DNA of 64,000 nt from Aplysia californica (taxonomy: Eukaryota): NCBI RefSeq assembly GCF_000002075.1, contig NW_004797292.1:1594861-1658860 (forward strand). The letters are read 5' to 3'. The first letter of the stretch is position 1, and every line of letters starts with the position of its first letter. This document shows positions 23,601-36,240 of the stretch, piece after piece. A model generated the notes under the pieces. That model was not told where the DNA came from and did not search any database. It was given only the letters and a program-made list of their open reading frames with translations. Both the position numbers and the translations under genes were made by a program.

Positions 23601-26360
23601 NNNNNNNNNNNNNNNNNNNNNNNNNNNNNNNNNNNNNNNNNNNNNNNNNNNNNNNNNNNNNNNNNNNNNNNNNNNNNNNNNNNNNNNNNNNNNNNNNNNN
23701 NNNNNNNNNNNNNNNNNNNNNNNNNNNNNNNNNNNNNNNNNNNNNNNNNNNNNNNNNNNNNNNNNNNNNNNNNNNNNNAATCAATATGAAGGCGATGATA
23801 ATGTAATTTTTAACTTTTTAAAAATGGAACTTATCAGTCTCAAACTGATAAAGAAATAGAGGGGAACTCAGTGCTGGGTGATCCCCAAAAAATTCTTTCA
23901 GATCACTTGAAACACTTTTTTTTGCGTGTTTTCTTTTCTTTTTTTAGGAGGGGGGCGCTTTACTGCGCCTGCGACAGCATAGGTCTCATATGAACAGGCG
24001 GGGCACATTAAACTTTTTCAGTTTGGTAAGAATGTTTAATTTTGCCCAGGTGGGGGCCAAAGCTTAGCCTACTCTTTTGATTTTAAGAACACCAAGGGAT
24101 CCTTAACTTGCGCAACTTACTGGACCTCCAAGATTTTTCGCCCTTCTCCGAGAAGGCTATGTGTTAGATCTTACTTACCATAAGATCAGGTGACTGAAAG
24201 ACAGCAGTCAGATAGAAGGGGCCAATGAGTGGCAGCAGTACGAATGTAGTACATGTAGTAGTAAAGGCTGCAGAAAAAGCCAGGAGCCCCAGATGCGCCA
24301 GAGGAGGAGTCAAAAGGGGTGTGTGAGTAGGGGGGGGGGAGTGAGGAGGAAAAACAGACGACAGAACTTAGAGCTGGGCGGTGAAAAGAGAAAACTTCAG
24401 AGAAGAAAAATGTCTATCCCAGTCATGTTTCAAACCTATTGAATGAGAGGCAAACACTATAACCCAGGCTCTAAACTCTATAGACCACGATCAGAGCCCC
24501 CAGACAAACGTGTTTTATTCGCTAGCTATAGATCTAGATCTAGTAAGGTTTAACAATGTTTCATCCTCCTGCCCATGCACTGGCATGACGTGACGAACTA
24601 GGCTAATCGACTGCTCTGTCGCCTGTGCTGTGAAGAAGCAGAGGAAGGAGTGTAGTGGAGGCAAACATTATACATGTAATAGGTCTATATAGCTATGATA
24701 ATATAAGGCCCAAGGATAGATCTAGATCTATCTAGTAGTATCTAGATCTAGATCTGGTCCTAGTAGACCCACTGCATTAATTAGGCCCTTATTTCTAGAC
24801 CTAGACTCTAGATTTAGTACTAATTGACCTGGACACTGATACTAGATCTACAATCTATTATCTAATTTAGATCTAGAGATCTAGATATCTATATCTATAT
24901 CTAGAATCTAGATCTAGATATCTATATCTCTAGGATTCTAGGTCTAGAGTCGAGGTATTCTAGATCTATATCTAGATCTAGTCTAGATCTAGATCTAGAT
25001 CTAGATTCTAGATCTAGATTAGTTAGGTCTGGTATTTATGCGATCTTGAATTGGCACGGACGCAGACTGCCGCAAAACACCACTTACACTTGCAGGTGAC
25101 TTGCGACTGCCGACAGCCGCCATTAGCTTTGTTTACCGCGCCTCGTTTCACAATCAGCTGGTGACCTGGATACGCTAAAAGAGGCCTCGTTTCCTGTCTC
25201 TATATTTTAGTGTCTCTGGTGATATTTCGCGAGGCGCATTTTGTATTGAGAGTATAGATCTAGACCTTCTCTTTTTTGCATCTCTCAAGATTTATTTCCC
25301 CATTCCAGTAGAGTGTAAATATATAGTTGGCCAATGACTTTTAGTAGACTTTAAAGCACCGATCGTTCCTTTCATCGAAAGGGGGCCCAACTTGTATTAT
25401 ATATTTTTCCTCTGTTGCTTCATTGTGACCATCTATTTAGTTTTCACTCAGCAAGCAGAGTAATTTAGAATCAGAAACAACTCACGATACTCTATCAATA
25501 GTCATTATGCCTCATCATGGAGTAAACAATCCTGACAGTTTCTGTTATATCTGCAGGAAATAACCTATACTGCACAAAGGAAAACGATTTCAAAATTTCA
25601 AATGCCTATCACCTTATTAAAGATACAGAGTGACCCAAAAAAGTTGGGCTCTTCACGTAGGATGCAATACCTGTTCCACAATTCATCGCCAGTGGTTGCA
25701 AAGGAAAAAAATACAATTACCAATACCCTTTAAAGTGCCAGTAGTCTGACATGAACCAAGCAGGCATTCCGATAACTACTACTACTGTATTGTGTAACCG
25801 GATAGAAATAAACGTAAGGGAAATAAGAACAGTAAAGTTGATTTCATGATATTCTATATTATTATGTTTAGTACCACACAGCTAAGATTTGCCAAATACA
25901 TATACAGTTGAGCCAGAGACACTGAACTGAGAGAAGGGGAAAAACTTACTCCTGAATAACACACTGAAGCTTTAACATCAAATGAAAATTGTTTTAACCA
26001 AAATAAAATTTTCTCACAAGAATACATCCAAATAATATTAAGATCATACAAAATGGATTAAACGACATTCAAAAAGTTGAATTGTTGAGTTCAAGGTTCC
26101 AACAATGAAATGTGCTTGCTGGCGTTGTGAGAGTGACTATATTTAGAAATCATGAACATTATTTTTAAACCTTTATTTTTCTTTTTGCAATGAAGGGCAA
26201 TGTAATTGTATTATATACAACAAACAATACGGAAGGTCTTATGAATGTGATGCAATAAATGAAGACGAGAACATTTTCATCATGATATTGAAGCTAAGGA
26301 AAGCGACATAATAGTAATTGGGGTGATAATGTATTAGCAGATTACTGTTGATTAGTAACA
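20601..26360 (+). mobile_element. Decayed Chapaev3-like (CMC) DNA transposon in gene 2 intron; right end not defined
   Basis: Left end tta|cactggtc..ctaatttggtagcgctgaatttgaaaatg. Transposase N-terminal remnant from 25507: MPHHGVNNPDSFCYIC..KSWALHVGCNTC..PFKVPVV*HEP..H.DNYYYC, and KVELLSSRFQQ*NVL near 26080; stops and frameshifts. Family assignment is from motif recall. Confidence 0.65.
20999..25218. mobile_element. 4.2-kb DNA element with perfect 38-bp TIRs and 7-bp TSD (P-superfamily-like, apparently non-autonomous)
   Basis: TIR cagagacactaaaatatagagacaggaaacgaggcctc at 20999-21036, exact reverse complement at 25181-25218; TSD GTGATAT at 20992-20998 and 25219-25225. Confidence 0.9.
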
Positions 26361-26457
26361 AGATATGTACCAAAACTTGAATACAAGAGGTAAGTCGAGA
26401 AACAATGAGTCAAATAAGTGTGACGCAACCCCAATTTTTAGTCCTTATTTATTATTT

Positions 26458-26944
26458 GTGTCACGACGCAGTGGAATCAGGTGCTCGTCATTTTGGGGGC
26501 AGGTTGAGTTATTGGTATCGTCTTAAAGGTTGTTCATTTGTCTATCTCTCCAAGACCCCCCCCCCCCCCACACACACACACATATATAATATATCTGGAA
26601 CAGAGGTCGAGAAATTTGCAATTGAAGGGGGCAGGAGTAGCTTGGTTTCAGAGGTAAAACTACGAGAAAATGGCCGCCACAAGTTTGGTGACTTCCACAG
26701 CTTGAGAGCCCTTGAAAACTGAAAATTTACAGTCTTTGTACAGTCTTTGTGTCTTTAACCAACGTTTTTGTTGTTGTTGTTGTTGTTAAATCCTCACAGA
26801 AATGTGTTTTAAAATGTACTTTAGATGTTTTAGTCCACAAAACCAAAACAAAATTCGATAAAAATTGACATGCTGGCAGAAAAAATGCCGATTTCTTTGA
26901 TTTTATTATTTTGATGAGCGCCTGGTTTCACCACGATCCCTCAC
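26458..26944. mobile_element. MITE family M1 copy (diverged)
   Basis: Similar to 2414-2829 along its length, with degenerate TIRs. Confidence 0.75.
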
Positions 26945-28437
26945 ATTGTAAAATATGAAAACTTGAATGTCTCCTGAAAACTAGAACTAAACATTAAATT
27001 TCAGTAACGTTTCATTTTCGTTTTCCGTGCCCCAAAATCTGTATTTAAAAAGTGATGTTTGAGCCCGGAAGCAGACAATTTGTGAAAATCAAAGACCAGT
27101 GCTATTGTACCTTTTAATGTATCAAGCAAAGATAGAAAATAATAATAATAATAATAATAATAAATAGCATTTATACTGCGCATTTCCATTTCCTAAAAGA
27201 TGCTCAATGCGCATTACAATGAAAAAGACATCACATCTTAAAAATTAATCGACACAAATGTGTACGTAAAACAAAGTATTATACATATAATATAAATGCA
27301 TATGTGTAAAATTTTATACCAGAAAAACAGTCTCGAGGTGAGGTTGAAAATGTGTTCACTAAAAATATACAATGCAATATAAATTCACGAACAGTCAAAA
27401 TACAGTTGAAACGTGAGTAACTAGAAACATTCATTAAAACATTAATTCTATACAGATNNNNNNNNNNNNNNNNNNNNNNNNNNNNNNNNNNNNNNNNNNN
27501 NNNNNNNNNNNNNNNNNNNNNNNNNNNNNNNNNNNNNNNNNNNNNNNNNNNNNNNNNNNNNNNNNNNNNNNNNNNNNNNNNNNNNNNNNNNNNNNNNNNN
27601 NNNNNNNNNNNNNNNNNNNNNNNNNNNNNNNNNNNNNNNNNNNTCTCTCGCTATCTCTCTCTTTTCTCTCTCTTTTCTCTCTCTATCTCTCTCTTTTTCT
27701 CTCTCTCATTCTCACTCGCTATTTCTTCAGTCTCACAGTCTGGCATACACATGCATATATATCACAGTACATCATTGTGACAGGTATGCTTTTGTGAATA
27801 AAAAATGCTTCAGCTGATTTTTGAAAATGGAAATTGTTGGGGCAGATCTTATACATTTTGGGTGATACATCACGTATATATTACATATTGGCTATTATGC
27901 AATGTTCCTGTTAACAGTGTACACTCAATGTTTGGTCAAACTAAATTTAATAACACTGTGTAAATGTTATCATTACGAAAGAAAAAAGCGAATTTAATTA
28001 TATTAAAGTTAATAAGCCTTCCTATAGAATGATCTTCGTGTATAGCGTTATTTTTACCTGTCTCATGATGATTTTCCCCAAACTAATTTGCAGTATTCCG
28101 CTATAGCATTATGGCCCTATTAGAAAACAATGTTAAAATAGCTCTACATGTAACGGTTTATTCATTGTCCTGATCGGATCTTCCTTCCTAATGTTTTTGT
28201 TTAGTCGTTTTTTCTTTGTTTGGAATAAAGGTATCTATAGCCCACATTATTATACTTTAGCTGCTTGAAAAACGTGGTCACCAAGACTCATGTAAGGGTT
28301 ATCAAGGACTTTAACGTTTATCTTCACATCAGTCTATCCAGCTACTTGTATTTAGTTAGCTGTCTGTCTAACTATCCTAATTATGGTACATGAAAATAAG
28401 TTTAACATATTTTATGCCTTGTATTGCAGATTCCACA

Positions 28438-29358
28438 ATGAAATTGCTACTTATTGGTTTAGCCGTTGTGGCGATGGCATCTGCTGTGCCAGTCTCTGTG
28501 GAAGAAAGAAGAGACGTCCCAGATTTCACATCTTCGATTTCGCAGATTATCCAGCATATTATTGACGGATTCCAGCATGCCGTTCATCCAGACGCTGCTA
28601 AGAGAGGCGCTGTTGTTGATTTTGCTGATATGATCCAAAACATCATTGACGGAGTCCAGCATGCCGTTCATCCAGACGCTGCTAAGAGAGGCGACTTAGT
28701 TGATTTTGCTGATATGATCCAAAACATCATTGACGGAGTCCAGCATGCCGTTCATCCAGACGCTGCTAAGAGAGGCGCTGTTGTTGATTTTGCTGATATG
28801 ATCCAAAACATCATTGACGGAGTCCAGCATGCCGTTCATCCAGACGCTGCTAAGAGAGGCGCTGTTGTTGATTTTGCTGATATGATCCAAAACATCATTG
28901 ACGGAGTCCAGCATGCCGTTCATCCAGACGCTGCTAAGAGAGGCGCTGTTGTTGATTTTGCTGATATGATCCAAAACATCATTGACGGAGTCCAGCATGC
29001 CGTTCATCCAGACGCTGCTAAGAGAGGCGACTTAGTTGATTTTGCTGATATGATCCAAAACATCATTGACGGAGTCCAGCATGCCGTTCATCCAGACGCT
29101 GCTAAGAGAGGCGCTGTTGTTGATTTTGCTGATATGATCCAAAACATCATTGACGGAGTCCAGCATGCCGTTCATCCAGACGCTGCTAAGAGAGGCGCTG
29201 TTGTTGATTTTGCTGATATGATCCAAAACATCATTGACGGAGTCCAGCATGCCGTTCATCCAGACGCTGCTAAGAGAGGCGCTGTTGTTGATTTTGCTGA
29301 TACGATCCAAGAAATTATTGATGGAGTCCAGCATGCCATTCATCCGGACGAGTCTTGA
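28438..29358 (+). CDS. Secreted multi-peptide precursor, paralog G2 (306 aa; signal peptide + 10 KR-delimited peptides)
   Basis: Start reassigned from 28390 to 28438 because a splice acceptor lies at 28428-28429 and MKLLLIGLAVVAMASA aligns with the paralogs. 84-bp units: six GAVVDFADMIQNIIDGVQHAVHPDAA, two GDLV variants, a leader DVPDFTSS.. and a terminal ..HPDES unit. Confidence 0.92.
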   Translation: MKLLLIGLAVVAMASAVPVSVEERRDVPDFTSSISQIIQHIIDGFQHAVHPDAAKRGAVVDFADMIQNIIDGVQHAVHPDAAKRGDLVDFADMIQNIIDGVQHAVHPDAAKRGAVVDFADMIQNIIDGVQHAVHPDAAKRGAVVDFADMIQNIIDGVQHAVHPDAAKRGAVVDFADMIQNIIDGVQHAVHPDAAKRGDLVDFADMIQNIIDGVQHAVHPDAAKRGAVVDFADMIQNIIDGVQHAVHPDAAKRGAVVDFADMIQNIIDGVQHAVHPDAAKRGAVVDFADTIQEIIDGVQHAIHPDES

Positions 29359-30109
29359 TGAAATACTCGATCTGCTAGCTTCCAAAAGACGAAAGGGCCC
29401 ATTATTTTAATTAAAATTTCTTTGCTCCTTATAGAGTTATTTTTAGTTTTATTTCCACAGCTACTAAGAGTAATAGGTATTATGAGTTTTTGCAGTTAAC
29501 AATTATAGTTTTAGTAGCGAAATGAAAAGTTAAAGAAAGCGAAATGTGTGTGAACTTTTCGTTTGTCACAATCGAAAATCATACAGCCCAGTTTAAACTG
29601 TGTTCCTCGAGAACGGAAGATGGTCAAATCTTTTGAGTCATTTGAAGGGTCTGGAATCTATTTTGCATTCCTTTTTCACCTCCTCAGGCAACTGAAGTCA
29701 AAAGATATAACATGGAATAGACTAGCCTATTGATACAGTCGATTATATGCCCGTAAGTCACACATACACCCCAAAAAATCTATCAAAGACACACCTGAAT
29801 TTCCAACTTCTGTGAGTGAACATCACCAAAAATTAATAAGCCCTAATAACAAAAACTACTCGAAAAAAATTTAAGAAATAAACAATTAAGAAATACAATA
29901 CGCACCGTTCAACGATACTAGAAAGCTTGGTATCAGAACCGACTTCTTTTCCCTTACAACACAGGTATAGTTTCCCCTAAATAATGATGCATTGCCTCGC
30001 CGATTGGGTCAGGCAGGGTTCAGTTACGTGAACTTATTATGCTGTCACGTACTCTTTTTTTTTTTGCATATCTTCTTTTCCTTGACTCCTGAACTATTTG
30101 CTACCTTAA

Positions 30110-30300
30110 AATTATAAAATTTGTCTCCGACATTTTGGCCGTTTTGAGTTATTAAAACCATGAGGTAAAAAAAAAAATAACGTTCTATCTGCTCTATCAA
30201 AATCGTAAGATTATTCAGATTCGTTGACGAGATATTCAAAGAATTGCATTAGAAAAAGCTTGACATGTTGTGAAACTCAAAAATACTTCTAACGTCAAAT
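30110..30300. repeat. Dispersed ~170-bp repeat (copies ~48600-48790 inverted, ~54620-54760)
   Basis: Shared accatgaggt..ctatcaaaat..gaattgcattagaaaaagcttgacatgtt. Confidence 0.6.
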
Positions 30301-31027
30301 TTCTCAAATCTTGGTACTGAGCAGATATAACTTTGTAATACTAGGGTAGTGAACCCTTGACGATGATAGCGTGCGTTCCCTTGTGACTTGGGAAATGTAG
30401 AATGTACTGAGACTTGTTTTCGTTTAATAATATCTTAGACAGTAAGTCGCGGGTGGTTGGTGGATATTCTGGTGTGGTTTGCACCTTCATTCCTATCAAA
30501 CAATATTGTCCTCATCTCTACTTTGCTTATCGTTTTATCTTATATTTTATTTTTGTTCCTTTCTTACTCTCTTGTAACATTTCTAACCTTCGGCACGTAT
30601 AATAATATTACCTCACTGATTTGCAAGTGCCTGAAAACTCTGAAGATCGTGATCTCAGACTTCAATAATATGTTTCCACTTGACAGTTGAGCGCAGCTTT
30701 TGAGTTCAAAAGAAGGACAGAGAGTATAAAGCTTTTGCGAAACTGGTGTTTTGCTCTTCATTTGGATATAATGACCTTTGATGCGCGTGCTTCACAGAAA
30801 AGTTTTTACAGAGAGCAAGGAGCAGTGGCCATGAAGGGCCGCGCGTGGTCTAGGACCTGCACGTGTCTTTTTTTCAGTGGTCCTTAAGGAAATCGCCATT
30901 CCTCGAAACATTAGATTTATTTTACAGTATAATATGTTTACCCGCTTAAGAATCGCAGCCCAAATAACAGTTTAACGCAAAACAAAGATGCCCCTCTACT
31001 ACACAAGGACAAATACAGACAACTTTT

Positions 31028-31044
31028 TCTTGTTGTTGTTGGTT

Positions 31045-31106
<62 letters not shown>
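31028..31106. repeat. (TTG)n microsatellite
   Basis: Direct reading. Confidence 0.95.
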
Positions 31107-32022
31107 GGTGGTGGTTTTGTTGGCGGTTTTGTTTTGGATGATGTTAGGATATTACTCTATTTCTTTTTCTTTTAATTTAATTAATTTATTGATTGTTAGA
31201 AAGCATGTCGATTGTATTATAATCTTGAATTTTGGCAAAAATATTGTGCTTCACCTCGTACATCCCAGTAGACAGTTTGAGAGGGGAAAACCCCCGAACG
31301 TTTTTAACTTGGTGAATAATACCATTCCTACAGGGCGACTGCAGATACACTGTACAGTTGAAAAAGGCCCAAGATGGCCATCCGCTCTTGATAGAAAAAT
31401 TGGTTGTCTTTCACAGGTGGCTGTCTTGAACTTTGTTATTATTTTATTGAAAAAGAACACGGAATTGGGAGCATTATAAGAGATTCACACTTTAGCAGAT
31501 CATGAAACCTAGATATGATGCTTACTGTATTGTCCCGCTGGGAAATTTTTCTGTAGCTATATAGGAATGTTTATTTTGTTTTAGTAAGAGGGTTACGACG
31601 CTCGCAACTGCATAAGGCCATATGAGCGCGAGAAATACGAGTTGATCTCATTCGCTACAGTTCACTGCACGGCTTGGCTCGAGTCAACGATCAGATTTTA
31701 AATAGTTAAACATTTGAGGTGAAATAAATTTGAGGTAAGATGACAAATTGTACAATAATGGCAAAAGACGGGTAGATACACAAATAATTCAAGCTTGGTA
31801 TAACTTTCACAATAAAGTCAATACGAAGAGGAAAAATAAGCTGACAATATTACAACATATAACATCAGTTTTATCTTTCAAACCACATGCAAGAATTTAT
31901 CACAGACCTTGAAAGCTATGTTAGTGAATTCGAATAATATTATTATACCATGTGCATATAAAAAATCAACAGCAAAACAGAATAATGTTTATTTCAACAG
32001 CAGCCTGACATGTCAGAAACGA

Positions 32023-32075
<53 letters not shown>

Positions 32076-33399
32076 NNNNNNNNNNNNNNNNNNNNNNNNN
32101 NNNNNNNNNNNNNNNNNNNNNNNNNNNNNNNNNNNNNNNNNNNNNNNNNNNNNNNNNNNNNNNNNNNNNNNNNNNNNNNNNNNNNNNNNNNNNNNNNNNN
32201 NNNNNNNNNNNNNNNNNNNNNNNNNNNNNNNNNNNNNNNNNNNNNNNNNNNNNNNNNNNNNNNNNNNNNNNNNNNNNNNNNNNNNNNNNNNNNNNNNNNN
32301 NNNNNNNNNNNNNNNNNNNNNNNNNNNNNNNNNNNNNNNNNNNNNNNNNNNNNNNNNNNNNNNNNNNNNNNNNNNNNNNNNNNNNNNNNNNNNNNNNNNN
32401 NNNNNNNNNNNNNNNNNNNNNNNNNNNNNNNNNNNNNNNNNNNNNNNNNNNNNNNNNNNNNNNNNNNNNNNNNNNNNNNNNNNNNNNNNNNNNNNNNNNN
32501 NNNNNNNNNNNNNNNNNNCTCTGAAATTTCTGGCTGAGCCCCTGCAACGACACCCTGTGTTGTTATGATTTTTGATTTTAGCATTGTACCGTGCTTGCTA
32601 TAAAAAGTGTTCGGTGTTGAGTTTAATGAGTAATTAATTACTAATGATTATATAGACAGCACCTCTTTATATTTGTCGCACATGCACGGAAATCGAGATT
32701 TTACAGGTCTTTTGGAATTCAGACGCGCAAGCAAAAATTCAGAGAGATTCGCAACTTTGATTGGCTGTAATAAGGTCGACAAGTTGTCCATTTGGTGTTG
32801 CCGATGGTTACTCCAAGGTATTTTCGTAAGTTATAAACTCCACTTCCTCATCTAAANNNNNNNNNNNNNNNNNNNNNNNNNNNNNNNNNNNNNNNNNNNN
32901 NNNNNNNNNNNNNNNNNNNNNNNNNNNNNNNNNNNNNNNNNNNNNNNNNNNNNNNNNNNNNNNNNNNNNNNNNNNNNNNNNNNNNNNNNNNNNNNNNNNN
33001 NNNGCGTTGTTCGTCCTCTTCACAATGTAGCCTTTCAATAGCGACTTCCACTCTGTTTTTATCAGCTGTTTTCAGTGTCAAGGTTGAGCCCAGCTGCTCT
33101 CTGACGTCACCCTGCAACATGTTAGACCATCCCGAATACTTTCTGGTCTATATCTGTCGTCTTTTATTCTGCCGATGTGATAAGCTCATTTCCATTTCTT
33201 TTCGTTCTAGTCTAAATTTGGCTATATTATCTGTCACTCCAGTGTTCTCTGTGTACGAGAGAAACCCGGACTTTTAAAACTCTTATGTCTCTATAGTAAG
33301 TGAGATAACGTCGAACCCGTTGCGCCCCTAGACTTGCATTCACAAACAGCGATTTCGATTCCCAAGACGTGAAAATGTTAGTTACATGTAGCAGAAAAT

Positions 33400-35130
33400 G
33401 AAAGAACGTTTGTCTATAGATGTAAGCAATACATTTAAAGCCCTGGAAAACATTACTAAATCGGAAAAACTATGACGAAAAATGAAAAGATCAATACAGG
33501 AAGCTGTGTAAGAAAATATCCTCCCTAATAATAATTATTTTTAATACACAAACAAAACAATGGATGATCCAAGAGATATAAACAAATAGTGGAAGAGAGA
33601 CGACAGGCAAACTCAAAGATGGAAAGTTATAACTCCTTGAATATGGGAATAAAGAAAATGTGAAATGAAGCAGAAGGAACATGAATAAATAATCAATGTC
33701 AACAAATAGATACCAATCAAAACAAAGAGAGCAACAAATACATGGATTCCAATATCAAAGTAAGGGGGGAGGGAGATATTATAATGGACAAAGGAAACGT
33801 ATTAAATAGATAATCAGAATACATAGACGAACTTTTCAAAGATAAAAAGGAGGAAATCTGGTAATGAAGAAAAGTAAATGGCCCACCAATACTGAAAACC
33901 GAAGTACAGGCTGCCAGAAACTGAAACAAGGAAATGCCACTGGGCCAGATAATATCCCATCTGAAGTGATCGTCATACTAAACATATTCCGAATTGAAAT
34001 AACAACAAAGCTCTTAAATTCTATCTATGGCAGTGGTGAGACTAGGCGATATAGATCAGTCAATTTTTTATAGCTTTACCAGGGGCCACTTGGTGTGATT
34101 TGTATGGAACAATAAGCAGTGCGAATCATTTTACAAATATCTTGATGAATTTAAAAAAAGTCTAAGACCAGAGACATCTGAAACACAGTCTAACTTTGTT
34201 CCTGACAAAGGCACCAGACATTCTAAAGTCATATCAATCATGTTAATGGAAAGAAATATTGAAGGAGATATAGAGATCTGAATTTATGGTTCTTAGATTA
34301 TTCAAAGGCTTTCAATAAAGTTAGACATTATGAGATATTTAAAATATTGTTAGACTAAGACATAGATGAAAACGATCTAAGAATCGTTACGAACTTTTAC
34401 CAGGATCAAAGCCCCGCTGTAAGAATTTGTGAGGCAGCGTGTTGGAATCAGGCTCTCGTCAATTTTTGGGCACATCGAATTATTGGTATCATCTTAAAGC
34501 TTGTTCATTTGTCCTTTTTTGGATGTAAAAAATACCCGTTTATCTTAACCACAAGTCGAGATATTTGAGAATGAAGGATGTGGGGGTCACCTGTTTTCAG
34601 AGGTAAAATTAGTGAGAAAATTGCCGCCAAAGAATAATTATTTCCTTAGCTTATCAGTCCGTGGTAACTGAAAATTTACATCGTTTGTGCCTTTAAATAA
34701 TGTTTTTCAGAAAAATCCACACAGAAAGGAGTTCTTTAATGGGCATGAAAGGTGTTGAGCCCAAAAACAAAAATTTGATAAAAATTCACAAACCTGCGGA
34801 AAAATGCAAGTTTCTTCACTTTGATAATTTTGACGAGAGTCTGATTCCACCGTGCTCCCTCACATTTATGAAAAATACGGCGAATACAGGCATGTTAAAA
34901 GAGGAGTGAGTCAAAGATACGCTATGTCACGAGACCTCTTTAATATATACAGTGAAACGATCCTTAGAAGTGTAGAAGACTATCCAGACCGCTCAGAATT
35001 TCTTGGAAGGAAAAGAAATGAATTTAATGGGTTATAACTTGAAGAAGCCCGCGCAAGCCGTTTGCTGATAAAGACAATAAAAGACAAATGCAGTTTCTTG
35101 GACACCTGAAGTGACAAAAAGCCTTGAACA
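33400..35130 (+). mobile_element. Old decayed RTE LINE (RT region), interrupted by MITE M1
   Basis: LKQGNATGPDNIPSE, FLDYSKAF, and RGVSQRYAMSRDLFNIYSE (degenerate GVRQGCVLSPxLFNIY). Confidence 0.75.
34429..34863. mobile_element. MITE family M1 copy with ATTT TSD
   Basis: attt|gtgaggcagcgtgttggaatcaggctctcgtcaa ... ccgtgctccctcac|attt; the paralogous RTE at ~60565 lacks the insert. Confidence 0.88.
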
Positions 35131-35535
35131 TCTATAGCGGGGTCAAAAATTCGTCGCTCAACTTATCCTCGAATATCTCTTCAAAATATCACCAAAACTT
35201 TGCACGGCAGTTTGTATCAGCTTTTTATTTATCTTAATGATATTGTTCCACAATGCTTAACTCTGTAATATTTAAAAACGTTTCATCATAAATTTATACT
35301 AAATATTATAAATCTCGGTCACATGGAAAATGGGATTTTTCACTGCACTTTCCGCTTCTCACAAACATTTCGCCTACGTCACAGCTCACCAATGACACTA
35401 TTTAGTGGCAAAAAGTTTTTGCAAGATATTTATTTTAGTGAGAATTTTTGTTTTGTTTTTTGCACCAAACATTTTCAAAACATGCATTCACCAATCATAA
35501 TGTCGCAATTAGAAGAAAACTTACATTCTTTTAAA

Positions 35536-35834
35536 CAGGGTTGGGTTGAATTAAATTAGTTGATTTTTTAAATTTAAATCACCTTGATTTTTAAAAAATT
35601 CCGTATATCACTTTTTTTTAAAAATTATTTTTATTCAGCTTTTACATATTTAAACATTCAGAATTCCTTTCCTTGGTTTTATTAAACAGATATAAGGTTT
35701 AGTAGACTAATATAATCATGCTTAAAAGTCTGCTTTCCCCCCTGTCACTGTAAAATAATACAGTATTTAATTTACTTTTTTTCATTATTGAAATTAGCAT
35801 TTTCTTTTTCTTTTTAGATAAACACAAGTGCGCA

Positions 35835-35915
<81 letters not shown>

Positions 35916-36240
35916 ACACACACTATAATAAAATGCAAGTTTATCTATGCACAGTTACCGCCCCCCCCCCCCCCCCAACCTTCCTTTTAGAATGACATTT
36001 TCTTCAATTTTTGTTTGTAGCCATAATTCACTGATATAGCAGATTCAGGCTTTCTTTTGCAGTTGTTTAAATTAATCATTAGTTAAAATAAAGACAATGC
36101 ATTTTGCACTAAAAGAAAATACTTTTAGCCGCCAAAATTTATTTTAAAAAATCCGATTTAAATTTTTAAAAATCTGATTTAAATAGAAAAATAGATTTTG
36201 TTTATTTTTTATTTAAAAAAGCAAAAAATCACCAACCCTG
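35536..36240. mobile_element. hAT-type non-autonomous element (contains (CA)n 35841-35912)
   Basis: TIR CAGGGTTGG..CCAACCCTG with perfect 8-bp TSD CTTTTAAA (35528-35535, 36241-36248). Confidence 0.85.

Noticed and set aside
28390-28437. 16-aa N-terminal extension of the G2 ORF (MKISLTYFMPCIADST)
   Set aside because: Mostly intronic: it spans the conserved acceptor at 28428-28429, and the paralogs start at the MKLL methionine.
28606-29358. Regular 84-bp repeats as a CRISPR array or non-coding satellite
   Set aside because: No unique spacers, eukaryotic context, and an in-frame coding repeat with signal peptide and KR sites.
30988-31479. 163-aa ORF with poly-Leu resembling a signal or transmembrane segment
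   Set aside because: Produced by the (TTG)n microsatellite; the rest has no coding features.
31909-32584. Long ORFs spanning N runs (also 43439-44158, 52824-53543, 60935-61423 and others)
   Set aside because: Artefacts of assembly gaps and simple repeats lacking stop codons.
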